A stretch of DNA of 64,000 nucleotides, taken from positions 4,278,001-4,342,000 of the forward strand of contig NC_043011.1 in NCBI RefSeq assembly GCF_006345805.1. The letters run 5' to 3'. A program made the translations under genes and the position numbers. Positions 1 through 12,663 of this stretch are shown here, piece by piece. Under the pieces are notes generated by a model. That model did no database searches. It saw only the letters and a program-made list of their open reading frames with translations, and was not told the origin of the DNA. The DNA is from Octopus sinensis. Taxonomy: Eukaryota. Within the stretch, counting starts at the first letter, position 1, and each line of letters begins with the position of its first letter.

Positions 1-81
1 TTTTCACTAGACCACTGGTAACTAAGAATTTTTCGATGAATATTCTTGCTACCCTAAGATTTTATCATATATATATATAAT

Positions 82-125
<44 letters not shown>

Positions 126-686
126 ATAATAATATTAGGGAGTATGGTTCCAAACTTACAGGGAAAAATTAGATTTAGTATATATGTATGTATGTTATTA
201 AATGCTCAAAATGAGGAGTAGATGTACAGCCGACTACTGATGAAGTGTCATTCTTTATGTTCCTTTTCTTGTTTTCCTTTTGTTTCTTTTGTCATTTGCA
301 TACCCAAGTTTATCTTCGTATTTCATGTTATTTACATTTTGTGACATGCTGTACCCATATATGCATATATTTATACAGATATATGTACGTATGTACATAT
401 ATGTATGTATATGTGCATATATATATTTTTTAGTTAAATTATGTATATATATATATATATATCATATATCTATGTATATATATATATATATAGATATATA
501 TTATATAACATACATACATATATCTACATACATATATATATCTACATACATATATATATATCTACGTACATATATATATATATATGTATATGTACATATA
601 TATGTGTGTGTGTGTGTGTTTAAAGAATAAAGAGAAAATGAAGAGGTAATTAATAATATTCTTTATCAATTATAAAATATGACATC

Positions 687-772
687 ATCTCTGACAGCTG
701 TTTCACTTCAGATATTTTTAGATGATTAATTTGTAAAATTAATATCATTATAAGATGAATCTCTTCAGAGAT
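687..772 (-). ncRNA. Candidate type I hammerhead ribozyme with long AT-rich stem II, in a PLE-like terminus
   Basis: Minus strand: (a)tct-CTGAAGA-gattca...tgaagt-GAAA-CAGCTG-TC-aga. Palindromic stem III, GUC triplet, short stem I. Confidence 0.5.
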
Positions 773-1042
773 AAAGAGGATATACTGATTAGAAATAGCT
801 GTTGAGATAACGGCTATGAAACCATTAACTGATAGCAAAAAAAAAAATATACAAAAAAGAAAAATATACAAAAAGGAAAGAACAGATTAATACAATATCA
901 TAGGGTATTGGGAAAGAGAAAAGAAGAAGAGAAGGAAGTTTGGTAACTAACCGGTATTTTCATTGGATTTATGATCTCTTAATGAGGTTTATTACCTTGA
1001 TATATATATATATATATAGTATATATATATATATTATATATA

Positions 1043-1082
<40 letters not shown>

Positions 1083-1083
1083 C

Positions 1084-1145
<62 letters not shown>

Positions 1146-1149
1146 TAGG

Positions 1150-1207
<58 letters not shown>

Positions 1208-1294
1208 ATATGTATGCATGTATATATATGTATATTATATATATATATATAAATGTATGCATAATATATGTATGTAAATATTTATATATATATA

Positions 1295-1326
<32 letters not shown>

Positions 1327-2400
1327 TTAAGTAGTTGAATGAATTATCTTAGTATGGATAATTCGGTTAACCGATACCTGGGTAGCAAATTCACGTCAGA
1401 AAAACACGGTTGAAGCTACTTGCCAAGGGCAGAGATCACATGCTTTCGAAATTAGGAATATGCAGCCTTCGAAACATATGTCGAGAATAAAGGAATTTTG
1501 TTAAAATCGTCGTTCAACTCCATTCTTTCATTTATATATATATATATATATATCATCATCATGATCATCATATATATATGTAATGTATATATGTATGCAT
1601 TTATATATCTATGTATATATATATATGTGTGTGTGTGTATATATGTGAGTATATTTACGTATGTGTATATATATATATATATGAATATATAATACAAATA
1701 AGAAAATGGAGAAACAAATTTTGTTTGTTCATCAACTTACGGATATTATAATGCTGGATTATTTATTCATTTTACAAATGAGAACATCAAAAGCATACAA
1801 AAATATTATATAAATCAATAGACAAGATAATAATACAAATACAGATTTTAAAAGTCATGTATCTACATATATGTAAATTTATATATATATATATATATAT
1901 AATAACAAAATAATAAATAAAATATATGCATATATACATACATATATGTACCTACCTACATCTATATGTATATATACATGCATATACGGTTACAGGACAC
2001 CAAAAAAACACAGAATACAACGAGAAACGAAAACATAAAAACAAAAACATGGAAATGGACTTTTTCAAACAACGAAAAAACAGAGTACAAGACATACAAC
2101 ACAAGGAATATTCCCCTTCTTCAGTTGCCCCTGTTTTGACTACTCTGTGTTTCGAAGGTAAGGGCAAAACACGACTTTGTTGAAACAGTCCTTCCCGCAA
2201 AGCAAATTAAATAAAATTTGGGATTTTTTGCGGAGGGGTAAAAGTGGTAACAAGAACAGGACAATAAAAACAAAACAAGACAGAAAAAACAATACAAATA
2301 AAAACAGTAAAAGACAAGACAAGGAGAATAACACCATAAAAACAAATAAGGGCTGTTAAGCCGAGACAATGGAAAAATTATATATATATATTTATATATA

Positions 2401-2843
2401 TGTAGGTCCCGGGTTGAGTCGGGGTTAACCACAGTAAATAAGGTACTCAATACATAGCAGAGTAAATTAATTTATTATATAGAAGGAGCTTCTACAGGAC
2501 TAGAACTGTTTCATTCAAAAGAAATCATCAGGAAGCTAGTAGACAAGGGTTGTTTTGGCATTTATACATTTAGGCAGGTTTAAATGGGTGGTGGTGGGGG
2601 ACTTTTTTGGAGGTAGGCATGGCGCAAAAAACCTCACTTTATTACCCGTACCACAAACCAAATGAATCCCTTAGATATATAGACATTAATTCCAACCACC
2701 CCAAAAATATATTAGACAACCTAGTAAAAAGTGTCTCAATTAGAATATCTAGCCTGTCCGCTACTGAAGATATCTTTAATGCCGCAGCCCCCTATTACAA
2801 CGAGGCCCTGGCCCACAGTGGCTTTAAAGATAAGATCACCTAT
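2401..2843. mobile_element. Penelope-like element fragment: inverted pseudo-LTR (2401-~2640, -) joined to an RT C-terminal fragment (~2640-2843, +)
   Basis: + frame [62 protein letters not shown] resembles the PLE RT thumb region. The adjacent inverted segment carries a hammerhead. Confidence 0.8.
2487..2537 (-). ncRNA. Type I hammerhead ribozyme
   Basis: Minus strand: AGCTTC-CTGATGA-tTTCttttGAAt-GAAA-CAG ttctagtc CTG-TA-GAAGCT. Stem I 6 bp, stem III 4 bp, GUA triplet, weak stem II. Confidence 0.75.
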
Positions 2844-3132
2844 ATACATGTATGTATATATGTATATTATATATATATATACATGTATGTATATATGTGT
2901 ATATATATATATATATATGTATTTGTGTGTGTATATATATATATATACATGTATGTATATATGTATATGTGTGTATATGTATATATATATATACATGTAT
3001 GTATATATGTATGTATATATATATATATATATAATATATATGTATTTGTGTGTGTATATATATATATATACATGTATGTATATATGTATATGTGTGTATA
3101 TGTATATATATATATACATGTATGTATATATG

Positions 3133-3163
<31 letters not shown>

Positions 3164-3599
3164 GGATGTTAAATGTTGGTTGTATATATATATATATATG
3201 TATGTATGTAGGTAGGTAGGCAGGTACATGCATGCATGTGTATGTCAGACAGGTTTCCATACAGTTTACTAAATTTTAAGCTCATAGCATTGCTTAACTT
3301 GGGCTGTGTTAGAATACCTAAGGTACCATACACTAAACTGAAACAAAGCACTATATAGTTGTTAAATGAACTTTGTAACCATACAGCTATGCTTGAGTTT
3401 CTCAAAACAAATATATTTGTTGTTTTATCATGTTTTAAACACGATGTACACATATACATATACACACAAACACACTCTCTTTTTTTCTTGATGATAAGAT
3501 GTAAAGAAATTAAGTGGAAGTGCTTCTACATATAAGTATGTGTATGTGAATGCATATATATGTGCATGTGCATGTATATATAGACACACACAAACACAT

Positions 3600-3635
<36 letters not shown>

Positions 3636-4132
3636 GTGCAAAGATACATGTATATAAAAGTATGTTATACATACGCATATATACACATATTTATATTTTC
3701 AATTCCATTCAATTTGTTCAAATCTAGAGAAGAATACTTTTGCCCAACTAAGCCGCTGGTCCAATTATACAAAGATTTTATGTAAAGAATTAATGAGAGA
3801 TAATGCTAGAATCAATCTTTTGTTTACTGAGCAATAAGCACACTTAGAAACAATATAAATTTGGACAAGAATATTTTCTCAAAAAACATTTCGCATATTT
3901 ATGAATCATACAAATATTTAATTTAATGATAAAGAAGGAATTTATCATTTGTAGCAGCCTGTATATTCTTTATTTTGTTTGTAAATGAATAAAACCATTA
4001 TTAATATATCCAGATCAGATAAATAACTGCCTTCATTATCTTGCTGAAAAGAAAAGCTTGAATTTCCAGGTATTTTGTTGGTATTGTTGTTATTTAGTTT
4101 CAGGTTAGCTTTTATCTAGTAGACTTATATTA

Positions 4133-4421
4133 CAGTTGTACACTGTCAACTTAATGTGACAGTCCCATAAAGGGAATCACACCACTGCTATTTAGCCCTA
4201 GCAGGCCTTGCTGCTCCAGACTGATGACGAGCAAAGACTCAGAAACATGTCTCTGGTTGCAGGCTTAGCTGGGTGGGGGTACTTGTAACCCCCTTGTAAA
4301 CATAAGGACACAAGAAACATGTCAAGGCTGACAGGAAGCGTTGATGCTTCCTAGGGCTAAATAGCGGTTGTGTGACAGTCCCCCTATGGGACTGTCATGT
4401 TAAGTTGACAGTATACAACTG
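4133..4421. mobile_element. Fold-back element with ~75-bp imperfect terminal inverted arms and a central hammerhead
   Basis: CAGTTGTACACTGTCAACTTAA...GCTATTTAGCCCTAG (4133-~4206) is mirrored at ~4345-4421. Confidence 0.75.
4216..4256 (+). ncRNA. Minimal type I hammerhead (PLE-type, palindromic stem III)
   Basis: CCAGA-CTGATGA-cGAGcaaagaCTCa-GAAA-CATG-TC-TCTGG. Stem I CCAGA/TCTGG is perfect, stem III is ACATGT, triplet GUC. Confidence 0.7.
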
Positions 4422-4678
4422 CTCTATCGTTCCACCACTGCTTATATCTCCCTGAGATATTTAGAAATTTAATATTTCTACTTATATTATAGTTTGTCTG
4501 TTAATACATTTTTCAATGAGCCTGTCCTATTTTGTCTTGGGGGTATGAAATTTTAGGGAGATTGGCTCATTTCTTTTTCATCTTGTCCCTTGACTTCCAG
4601 TGACTATTTTCTATGATACATCTGTCTGTTTGATAATTACATTCGTCCTCAGGAGTTCCATTCTCATTCTAACATTAA

Positions 4679-4897
4679 CCTTTCATTACCGTATTTATTT
4701 TGAGATGATCTGTGTTTCTTTGAATTACTTAAAATGTAATAAAGAATTTAGTTAAATAACTTAGTTATCATTCAGCTAGTGTTAGGAACATAAATTGTGA
4801 CTAAGGTTTGGTGGAAGATTTTAATTCAAAACTTACAAAAACAAGACATTTGTACTTAGAGCCAGAGCCGGTTTCAGCCGGGTTGGTAACGAAAGGG
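4679..4897 (+). mobile_element. piggyBac-type MITE, family 1
   Basis: TTAA on both sides (4675-78, 4898-4901); TIR CC(C)TTTCRTTACC / GGTAACGAAAGGG; same body at 50885 and 61797. Confidence 0.85.
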
Positions 4898-6412
4898 TTA
4901 AAGATTATTATTAAATCATACAGAATCCTTGCTAATCTCTGATGAGGAGCTGCAGTTTCCGAATATTATCATTTCCCCCATCAGCCATGTCTAACATCTT
5001 CATACATAAATATATACAAACTAGCAAGAATGAAGCTGTTCTGAAATAGTCTGGCTAATTTCTCACCAACGCTGACGAACTTGCTTGTAAAAGTTGAAAC
5101 CTGTTAAGATAGGTATGTTGATGAGAATAATGCTGGAAGATTTCCTTCAGCTGCTTCAAGGTTATAATTTGTTGTTTGATTCATGGATGTACCAAACATA
5201 TTATTATGATAAACATAGGAACAATCATATTGTCTTAACATTCATTGTAGTTTCATGTCTCAGTTTATTTGCCAGTTGTTTAAAATATGTTAACACAGCA
5301 TTCTTGTTAGCAAAATAGACAACTTGTAAATTAGCGACTTCTTGTTCTCCTAAGGCATCAAATCTTAATGCATCTCTCAATATATAATAACTCCTATTTA
5401 TTATTATATGATATATTTCATGAACATAGCACATTTCTGTTAATGACCTGCATTTTCATGACATTTTGTGTCATTTTAAAACAAACTGTCTACATGTCAT
5501 CTAGATGGCATTCTTGATGTCATTTTTTGGCACTTTGTTGATGTCATCTACATCAAAGGTTCTCAACCCATTTTGGCCAAAGGCCTCCTTTTGGAGTCAC
5601 AAATGCCCCCCCCCCCCCCACCCGAACATATTTTTATTTTTCAGTATACTACTTATTTTGATATCAGCAGATATTGTTTTACATATGCGCTTGTATGCAG
5701 TCGAGAGTACAGATGTACAAATTGAAATGCAAAAAAGAAAAAAAACAAATAAGGAATTGAAAGTTTGGTAATTGAGTTTATTAGCACCACGTGACACTTA
5801 TGAGATCAACATGTTGTCTATCGAAAGAGTGCTCTTTGGTACAAGTAAATGCCTATAAAATCACTTCAAACCTTTCCGATTTCCCTTATCAAAATACCTG
5901 GAATTTGACACGCACAATTTTTTTTTTTAATTTGTGGTTTTAAAATATGGAGTCTGAATCGACCATTACTTCCTCTTTATAATTTCTAAATAACACTATA
6001 CTTCTGTGTACCAGACATTTAGCTGTTATTTTTAGCATAACGAGTTTTCTGGTGAGATCTTCATTTGCCTTCATTGCCTGTTTGTTGCTTCTGTAGAAAT
6101 CTACGGATACACAAATGCAGATAATGGAGAAAATGAAAGAAACGTGGGCAACTTGTTCCAAAACACCCCTATCCATTTTCTTGAAAGTTAAGACGAACTT
6201 GAAGTGAACTTCGGTGAATTTTTGGAAATCCCCCACCCCCCAAAATTTTTTTTGTATATTTGGAATCTGTATGATATAACACTTATTCATAGAAAATTTC
6301 ATTAAAAAACATCCATTTTTCTGAAAGTTATGATGATCCAATGTCGGAGATGGTGGGGTGGGGGGACAGAAATCTGTATTTATGTCATATGTATGTATGT
6401 ATGTATGTATGT

Positions 6413-6606
6413 ATCACGTGTGTACCGTTGGCAATTTTTTTTCCTCTGTCTTCCCTTCTCTGGATCTTTCCTTCTCCTATGTTTCTGACGAAGAGCTCCG
6501 CTCGAACCGTTAAACCCTCCTTCTTTCCTGAGCATCCAATAATACTATATTTGTTCCACGTCCTCGCATCGTGTTTTTTTGTGCTTTCTTGTTTGGATTA
6601 ACTCTA
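6413..6606 (+). mobile_element. PLE pseudo-LTR remnant with minimal hammerhead at 6481-6515 (GAAA changed to GAAC)
   Basis: GTTT-CTGACGA-a-GAGC tcc GCTC-GAAC-CGTT-AAAC; sister copy at 8600-8790. Confidence 0.65.
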
Positions 6607-6663
6607 TGTAATATATATATATATATATAATATATATATATATATACACATACATATGCATAT

Positions 6664-6695
<32 letters not shown>

Positions 6696-6705
6696 CACAT
6701 ACATA

Positions 6706-6747
<42 letters not shown>

Positions 6748-7378
6748 CATACATGCACACACACACATGTGTGTGTTTGCTAGTGTCTGTTTTTGTTTTA
6801 GTTTTTGTTGATTTATATGCATCCACAAACAAGCCAATGAGGCACTCTCTGTATGGTTGTTCAGTTTGCTAGTTAAAACACCCAAATCTCCCTCATACTA
6901 TGCTCTTGTTAGTATTAAGGAAAGGGAAAATGTTTACTCCTTTCCATCAGTACGATTAAAATTAGTACTTTTGATTTTGTTCGACTCTATGAATTTAATA
7001 CTTTTTTAAAGCTTCTGTCCATTGCGTGATACAGGAAATTGGAAAATCCTGACCAAAACAGAGAAATTCTAACTTAACAAAAAATATAGAAAGTGAAAGA
7101 AAAAGTTCTGTTTTCCAAAAGCCAAAAGATGTTTTTTAGCTGACGTGTAATTTTATAATTAAAGCAAATTCAAAATTTAAACTTCAAAACATAAAACTTA
7201 CCATGTTATCTGGTGTATGGGTCCCAGTTCAAATGGGTACAAAACGTAAAACAAATGTGTGTGTGTGTGTGTGTATTATTGGTTGGCTTTCTGATAGCCA
7301 GGGGTCAGTTTAAGTTCAATCGCAGAAAGGGATTCAAAATGGCAACACACGCAATCATATACATACAAACATACCTAT

Positions 7379-7597
7379 TTCTTTACTACCCACAAGGGGC
7401 TAAACACAGAGAGGACAAACAAACAGATTAAGTCGATTATATCGACCCCAGTGTGTAACTGGTACTTATTTAATCGACTCCGAAAAGATGAAAGGCAAAG
7501 TCGACCTCGGCGGAATTTGAACTCAGAACGTAACGGCAGACGAAATACCGCTCAGCATTTCACCCGGCATGCTAGCAACTCTGCCAGCTTGCCACCT
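7379..7597 (-). mobile_element. tRNA-headed SINE family B, monomer
   Basis: Head GGTGGCAAGCTGGCAGA, B-box-like GAGTTCAAATTCC, central GCCTTTCATC..GTCGATTAAATAAGTACCAG. TSD ATACAAAYATACCTAT at 7363-78 and 7598-7613. Confidence 0.85.
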
Positions 7598-8529
7598 ATA
7601 CAAATATACCTATACATACACACACATACACAAATACATACCTATCAGCCACTCCCAAAAGCCAGTTTTGGCAACCATTCTTTATATATTTGCACACAAA
7701 CACACACATACTCAGTCATTCAGCTTTATGCTTCTATACATTACTTTTTTCTTGTTGTCATCTTGTTTTTAGCTTTTATTTTTGTTTTGGGAGTTTCACT
7801 TTAGCGACACCAGTTACACATGGTACCAGGAATTTGCTTGGTGTCACTAAAGTGGAAAAAGTGTCTTAAGTTTTTGATAATTTGAAACAAAAAGACATGT
7901 TGTTTTTAAACTGTCACAGAGATGTGAAAATATGGCCTCTCTTCGTTAATTTCAAATTAAACTTACTACAGTTGAGGGTCTTCCAGCACCCCACTAGTGC
8001 CCCCAAGTCTTTTAACGCCCCCCACCCCCGTGCTCCTTTGCTCCTGGCCCCCATTGAGAACCTTTGAGCTAAATGGTTTTTAGTCAGTATAGCAGTTGTC
8101 ATCTATAGCAATTTAAAACAATCATTCTTCATGTGACACTTAAACAGCTTGCATGACAGATTCTTGGTGGCATTCTAAGAATCATCTGTACCTCTTTAAA
8201 ACTGGTTGCCTAAATATTGTCTCGAGAGTTTTCTACATAGCATTTTAAATGTAATCTGTGACATTAAATCAAGTCTTCTAGAATTCAATGTTCGTGACTT
8301 GTCGTATTCTAGAGAAGCCAGTAAACCTTAAATTATTTATCATTTTGTAATGACTTCCATTTGACATTCCACAAGTGTGACATCCAATAGTAACTGACTC
8401 ACTTAAATGACACTAAGTGTCTCCAATAAGCAATACAGGTTGTGACAATTATTCATTTGTATTTGAATTAATAAAGGCTTGTAAACTGATTATCTGCCTG
8501 GAATATACTGTGCTGTGTGTGTGTGTGTG

Positions 8530-8572
<43 letters not shown>

Positions 8573-8599
8573 ATGTGTATGTGTGTGTGTGTGTGTGTG

Positions 8600-8790
8600 T
8601 GACCACATGTGTATCGTTGGCGATTTTTTTCCTCCATCTTCTCTTCCTTGGATCTTTCCTTTTCCTCTGTTTCTGACGAAGAGCTCCGCTTGAAATGTTA
8701 AATACTCCTTCTTTCTTTCCTTTCCTGAACATCCAATAACACTATACTTGTTCCACATTCTCGCGTTGTGTTTTCATGTTTGAATTAACT
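8600..8790 (+). mobile_element. PLE pseudo-LTR remnant with degenerate minimal hammerhead at 8669-8703
   Basis: GTTT-CTGACGA-a-GAGC tcc GCTT-GAAA-TGTT-AAAT; homologous to 6413-6606. Confidence 0.6.
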
Positions 8791-9560
8791 ACATATATAT
8801 ATATATATATATGCACGAGTCATCTAAAAGTCCATAAGTCAGTTACCATATTCCCTTCCATATCAGCTAACTCTGATGAGTGTAAGGTTATAGAATTGGA
8901 TTGTTACCTAGCACTCCATTGTATTCCTAGTGCGAAACTGATTGATATGATCAGCTATGATGGATACATAATACTGTACGTTTTTGATAATATATTATAG
9001 TAAAAAAGAATTTTGATAAGAGGATTTTCCCCACATGGTGATTTGTAGTGAAAAAATATATAAATAAAGAGGGAAAATTCACACAGTTTATATATTTTTG
9101 ATTTTTTAAAGGATGCTTGTTTGTATGTTTGTATGTGTGTATGCATGCACACGTGCACGTGCACACACACACATGTGCATATATACATGTATGATGGCTT
9201 CGTCTGTATTTCAAACCAATGCCATTGCTTGGCTGTTCCCTTAAAGCAGTATGAATGTGGCTTTTCAGTCTTGCTAGGGACCTATACTCTTTTGCTCAGA
9301 TATGACAATAATGGGTGCCTCTTGCAGCAGGTGTTCAGAGAGCTTACCACTCATGCTAACTTTCATTCCATCATGGAATTTTTCATTGAATGTTTTACCT
9401 TTTCCAACTACAATAAGGCATAGCATGCCAAACATTATAGAGATGCAAAAATCAAGCAATATCTGTGATAAAAAGCCTTGTGCAGTGATGAAAGGCTTTG
9501 CACAGTAGCAATTCTATTCTCTAAATAATGCATGCCTTTACCCCAAACAAAGAACTAGTC

Positions 9561-9878
9561 TACACACACACATATACATACATACATACATACATGCATA
9601 CATACATACATACACATATACATACATACATACATACATACATACATACATACATACATACATACATACACATATACATACATACATACATACACATACA
9701 TACACATATACATACATACATACATACATACATACACATATACATACATACATACATACATACATACATACATACATACATACACATATACATACATACA
9801 TACATACATACATACACATATACATACATACATACACATATATATACATACATACATACACATATACATACATACATA
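9561..9878. repeat. (TACA)n compound microsatellite
   Basis: Directly visible; source of the HTYI/MYVC pseudo-ORFs. Confidence 0.95.
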
Positions 9879-9982
9879 CTTTTTTCTCTCTCACATATTC
9901 TTACTCACACAGAAAACTCATGTGAGAGAATGACATGGAGATTTTGCAAATTGAATATTTGCATCTGAATTATTATTACATA

Positions 9983-10709
9983 CAAGCAGTATAGTCCAGC
10001 GTTGCTCGGGTTTGTTTTTTAGTTGCGCTTAAAACGGCAGACTTTGATGTTGCGTTAACAAAGTTTTGACATAGTTTCAATCTATGAATAAAAGTATAGT
10101 GTGGTGATGCTCGAATTAGCTCTGAATGTGCTGCAAATGTGTAATGCCGAAAATCTATTAAGAAGTTAACACTGCAACAGTCTTCATTAAGATAAAGGAC
10201 AGGAAAATCCCAAACGTTAGCAAGAACAGTTTGTGGCTACAAAGATCCCAAAAGATGTTATTTTGTAGTCAAACGGGTGGGCAACATGAATTGTGGTTGT
10301 ACCTGTAAAATGAATAAAATCGATACTTTTACATCACGTATAAGTAAAAAAAAATCTGTAAAATCAAAACATAATCATTGAAGGTTTGACTTGAATATCG
10401 TAAATAGTAACAGCATGCAGATCACACTTTTTCTGGTTGAAATACACAAAAAAACTGCGACACAGCAGTCAAAATATCGTAAAAAATATGGATTTTCATA
10501 GAAAAAAAGTACCTTTTTGATGTAAATAATTTTTGGTTTTAACATAGTCTGGTTTGAATTTTTTCTTCTACGGAATGAAGAGCAAGCCTTCTATCATACT
10601 CTCAATTTTGGTCAACTTGTGCCATAGTGTCTCCAAGGAGATACTGTTAGTTGAAGGCTACCAAACCTGCCACACACACACACAGACAACTTCAGTTTAT
10701 ATATATAGA
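9983..10709 (-). mobile_element. Non-autonomous Helitron
   Basis: Minus strand starts A|TCTATATATATAAA and ends with a decayed hairpin CCCGAGCAACGCTGGA plus CTTG|T (CTAG variant). Termini are shared with the 34330 and 42819 copies; the interior differs. Confidence 0.7.
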
Positions 10710-11974
10710 TTTGCTTTCTCCTCCTACATGCCTTTCAACCACAATATGTAGTGGAAGTGTAATAAATGTTGTGTAATTAATTCATACACACAACGCTACT
10801 TCGTGCACACCAACATTGGTACATATCATCATTTTTTTTTCTGTGATCTTTCAACCAGCTTGAAATAGCACACAAATCTCCCTCACTTTATACATTACTT
10901 AAAAAAAAAAAACTGACACACAGCTTCAGAGCTGAAATGGCCATAGTGGGAGTAAATGTCTTTGAACCTTATTCTGCTTATTCAGATTTTATGTGAGGCT
11001 AAACCATAACAAAATTATTTATTACTTTATGAATAAGAATTACTCTCCTTATTCATAGAAGAATTTTTGGTGAAGAGGTGTAATCAATTTAATACCATCC
11101 CTTGGTACTTGACTATCGCTGATTCTGTCATCTGATTCAGTCATAATTTATTTTATTTTAAATCAATCAACATACATAATGTGTATATATTTATATGAAT
11201 ACAGGTATTGTATTTTTTTCTTTATTCAAATAGGCGAGACTATTGGTTATTTACTATCACTAGAAGCATTACACCACTGACATACTAATGCCGCTATTCA
11301 CTGTCTTACACTAGCTTTCAGTAGTTCTTAAAGTATTGCTTTATCAAGTGCTATAACTTCCAGAATCTTTTGGATTTTTATGGCTCTGAGATTTTGTCTG
11401 CTTATCAAAAATATCCAAGTTCTGTAAGAAAGATGAATGTGCTGCTATCATCAAGGGATGCTGGTCAAACATTACTTCCATACATTGAATTTAGTTTCAC
11501 ACATTGAATACAGTTTCATAGATTCAATGAAGTTCCATAGATTGAAATGCTGTTCTATGGCTGAGGAATTTCTCTTTCACTAAATCTGATTACCATTCTC
11601 CATTGGTCTGCCTGTACTGTTTCTATTTCTCTCAGAATGTAGATATTTCAACCAACTTCTTCAACTCTTTCTCCTTCTTTGTCTATCTATCTGACTCTGT
11701 CTGTCTGTCTGTCTCTCTCATACACACACACATATATAAGAGTAGGCATGTCTGTATGGTAAGAAATTTGCTTCCCAACTGTACAGTTTTGAGTTCACTT
11801 CCATTCCATGGCAATTTGGGCAAGTGTCTTCTATTATAGCTTTGGGTTGACCTGAATGGGTTTGGTAGACAGAAACTAAAAGAAGTACACAGATGTATAG
11901 GTCGAACCGTTTGACCCATGCTAGCATGGAAAACGGACGTTAAACGATGATGTTGATGATGATGATATATATAT

Positions 11975-12385
11975 CGCAGGAGTGGCTGTGTGGTAAGTAG
12001 CTTGCTAACCAACCACATGGTTCTGGGTTCAGTCCCACTGCGTGGCATCTTGGGCAAGTGTCTTCTGCTATAGCCGCGGGCTGACCAATGCCTTGTGAGT
12101 GGATTTGGTAGACGGAAACTGAAAGAAGCCTGTCGTATATATGTATATATATATGTATGTGTGTGTATGTGTTTGTGTGTCTGTGTTTGTCCCCCTAGCA
12201 TTGCTTGACAACCGATGCTGGTGTGTTTATGTCCCCGTAACTTAGCGGTTCGGCAAAAGAGACCGATAGAATAAGTACTGGGCTTACAAAAGAATAAGTC
12301 CCGGGGTCGAGTTGCTCGACTAAAGGCAGTACTCCAGCATGGCCGCAATCAAATGACTGAAACGAGTAAAAGAGTAAAAGAGTAT
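11975..12385 (+). mobile_element. tRNA-headed SINE family A with CORE-like block
   Basis: GCAGGAGTGGCTGTGTGGTAAG (A box), GGTTCAGTCCC (B box), CTTGGGCAAGTGTCTT, internal (TA/TG)n, (GAGTAAAA)n tail; more than 12 copies in the window. Confidence 0.9.
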
Positions 12386-12663
12386 CCATATGTAAACCTA
12401 CTCTTGTGTGTCTTTGTCTTTGTCTCCTTCCATTTGACAACTGGTGTTGGTGTGTTTATGTCCTTGCAATTTCACAGTTTGGCAGAAGAGACTGCTGTCA
12501 CTTTGTGGATGTTCCACTGGGTTAAAGGTGAGAGGGCCAAGTGGTATCTATGCTTGTTTGTTACTATGTAGGCACCTAAACAACTAGCGAAAGCTTGGTA
12601 CATGCTACAAAGCCAGGCTCACTCACATATACACTGTAGTAGTAGTAGTAGTAGCAGTAGTAG

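Larger units (their letters stand above)
5554..8066. mobile_element. Non-autonomous hAT (Charlie-like) element containing later insertions
   Basis: 13-bp perfect TIR CAAAGGTTCTCAA / TTGAGAACCTTTG; 8-bp flanks ATCTACAT / AGCTAAAT (6/8) fit a decayed TSD. Confidence 0.55.

Noticed and set aside
2105-2160. Possible type II hammerhead on the - strand (CCTTC-GAAAC...CTGAAGA-AGGGG)
   Set aside because: Core words are present but stems I and III cannot be paired convincingly.
245-3260. Many ORFs rich in YI/IY/HT/VC (also at 9.5, 32.5, 44 and 62 kb)
   Set aside because: Translations of (TA)n, (TACA)n, (TG)n and (TCTA)n microsatellites, which lack stop codons; only the PLE part at ~2640-2843 is protein-derived.
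5690-6341. hAT transposase remnants (AVESTDV; CLVHR)
   Set aside because: The motif-like words lie on opposite strands and one belongs to an internal non-coding duplication; too weak to call.
8872-8960. CTGATGA ... GAAA-CTGAT...ATCAG hammerhead-like segment
   Set aside because: No UH cleavage site after stem III, and stem II does not close onto GAAA. Similar incomplete half-motifs at ~237, 1470, 4940, 5072, 25515 and 25690 were also not counted.
11364-11510. Possible exon NLLDFYGSEILSAYQKYP...
   Set aside because: Short, weak acceptor, no similarity to M28B or any family I recognise.
11975-12050. tRNA genes at SINE heads
   Set aside because: A/B boxes are present but there is no complete cloverleaf, and they continue into SINE bodies.
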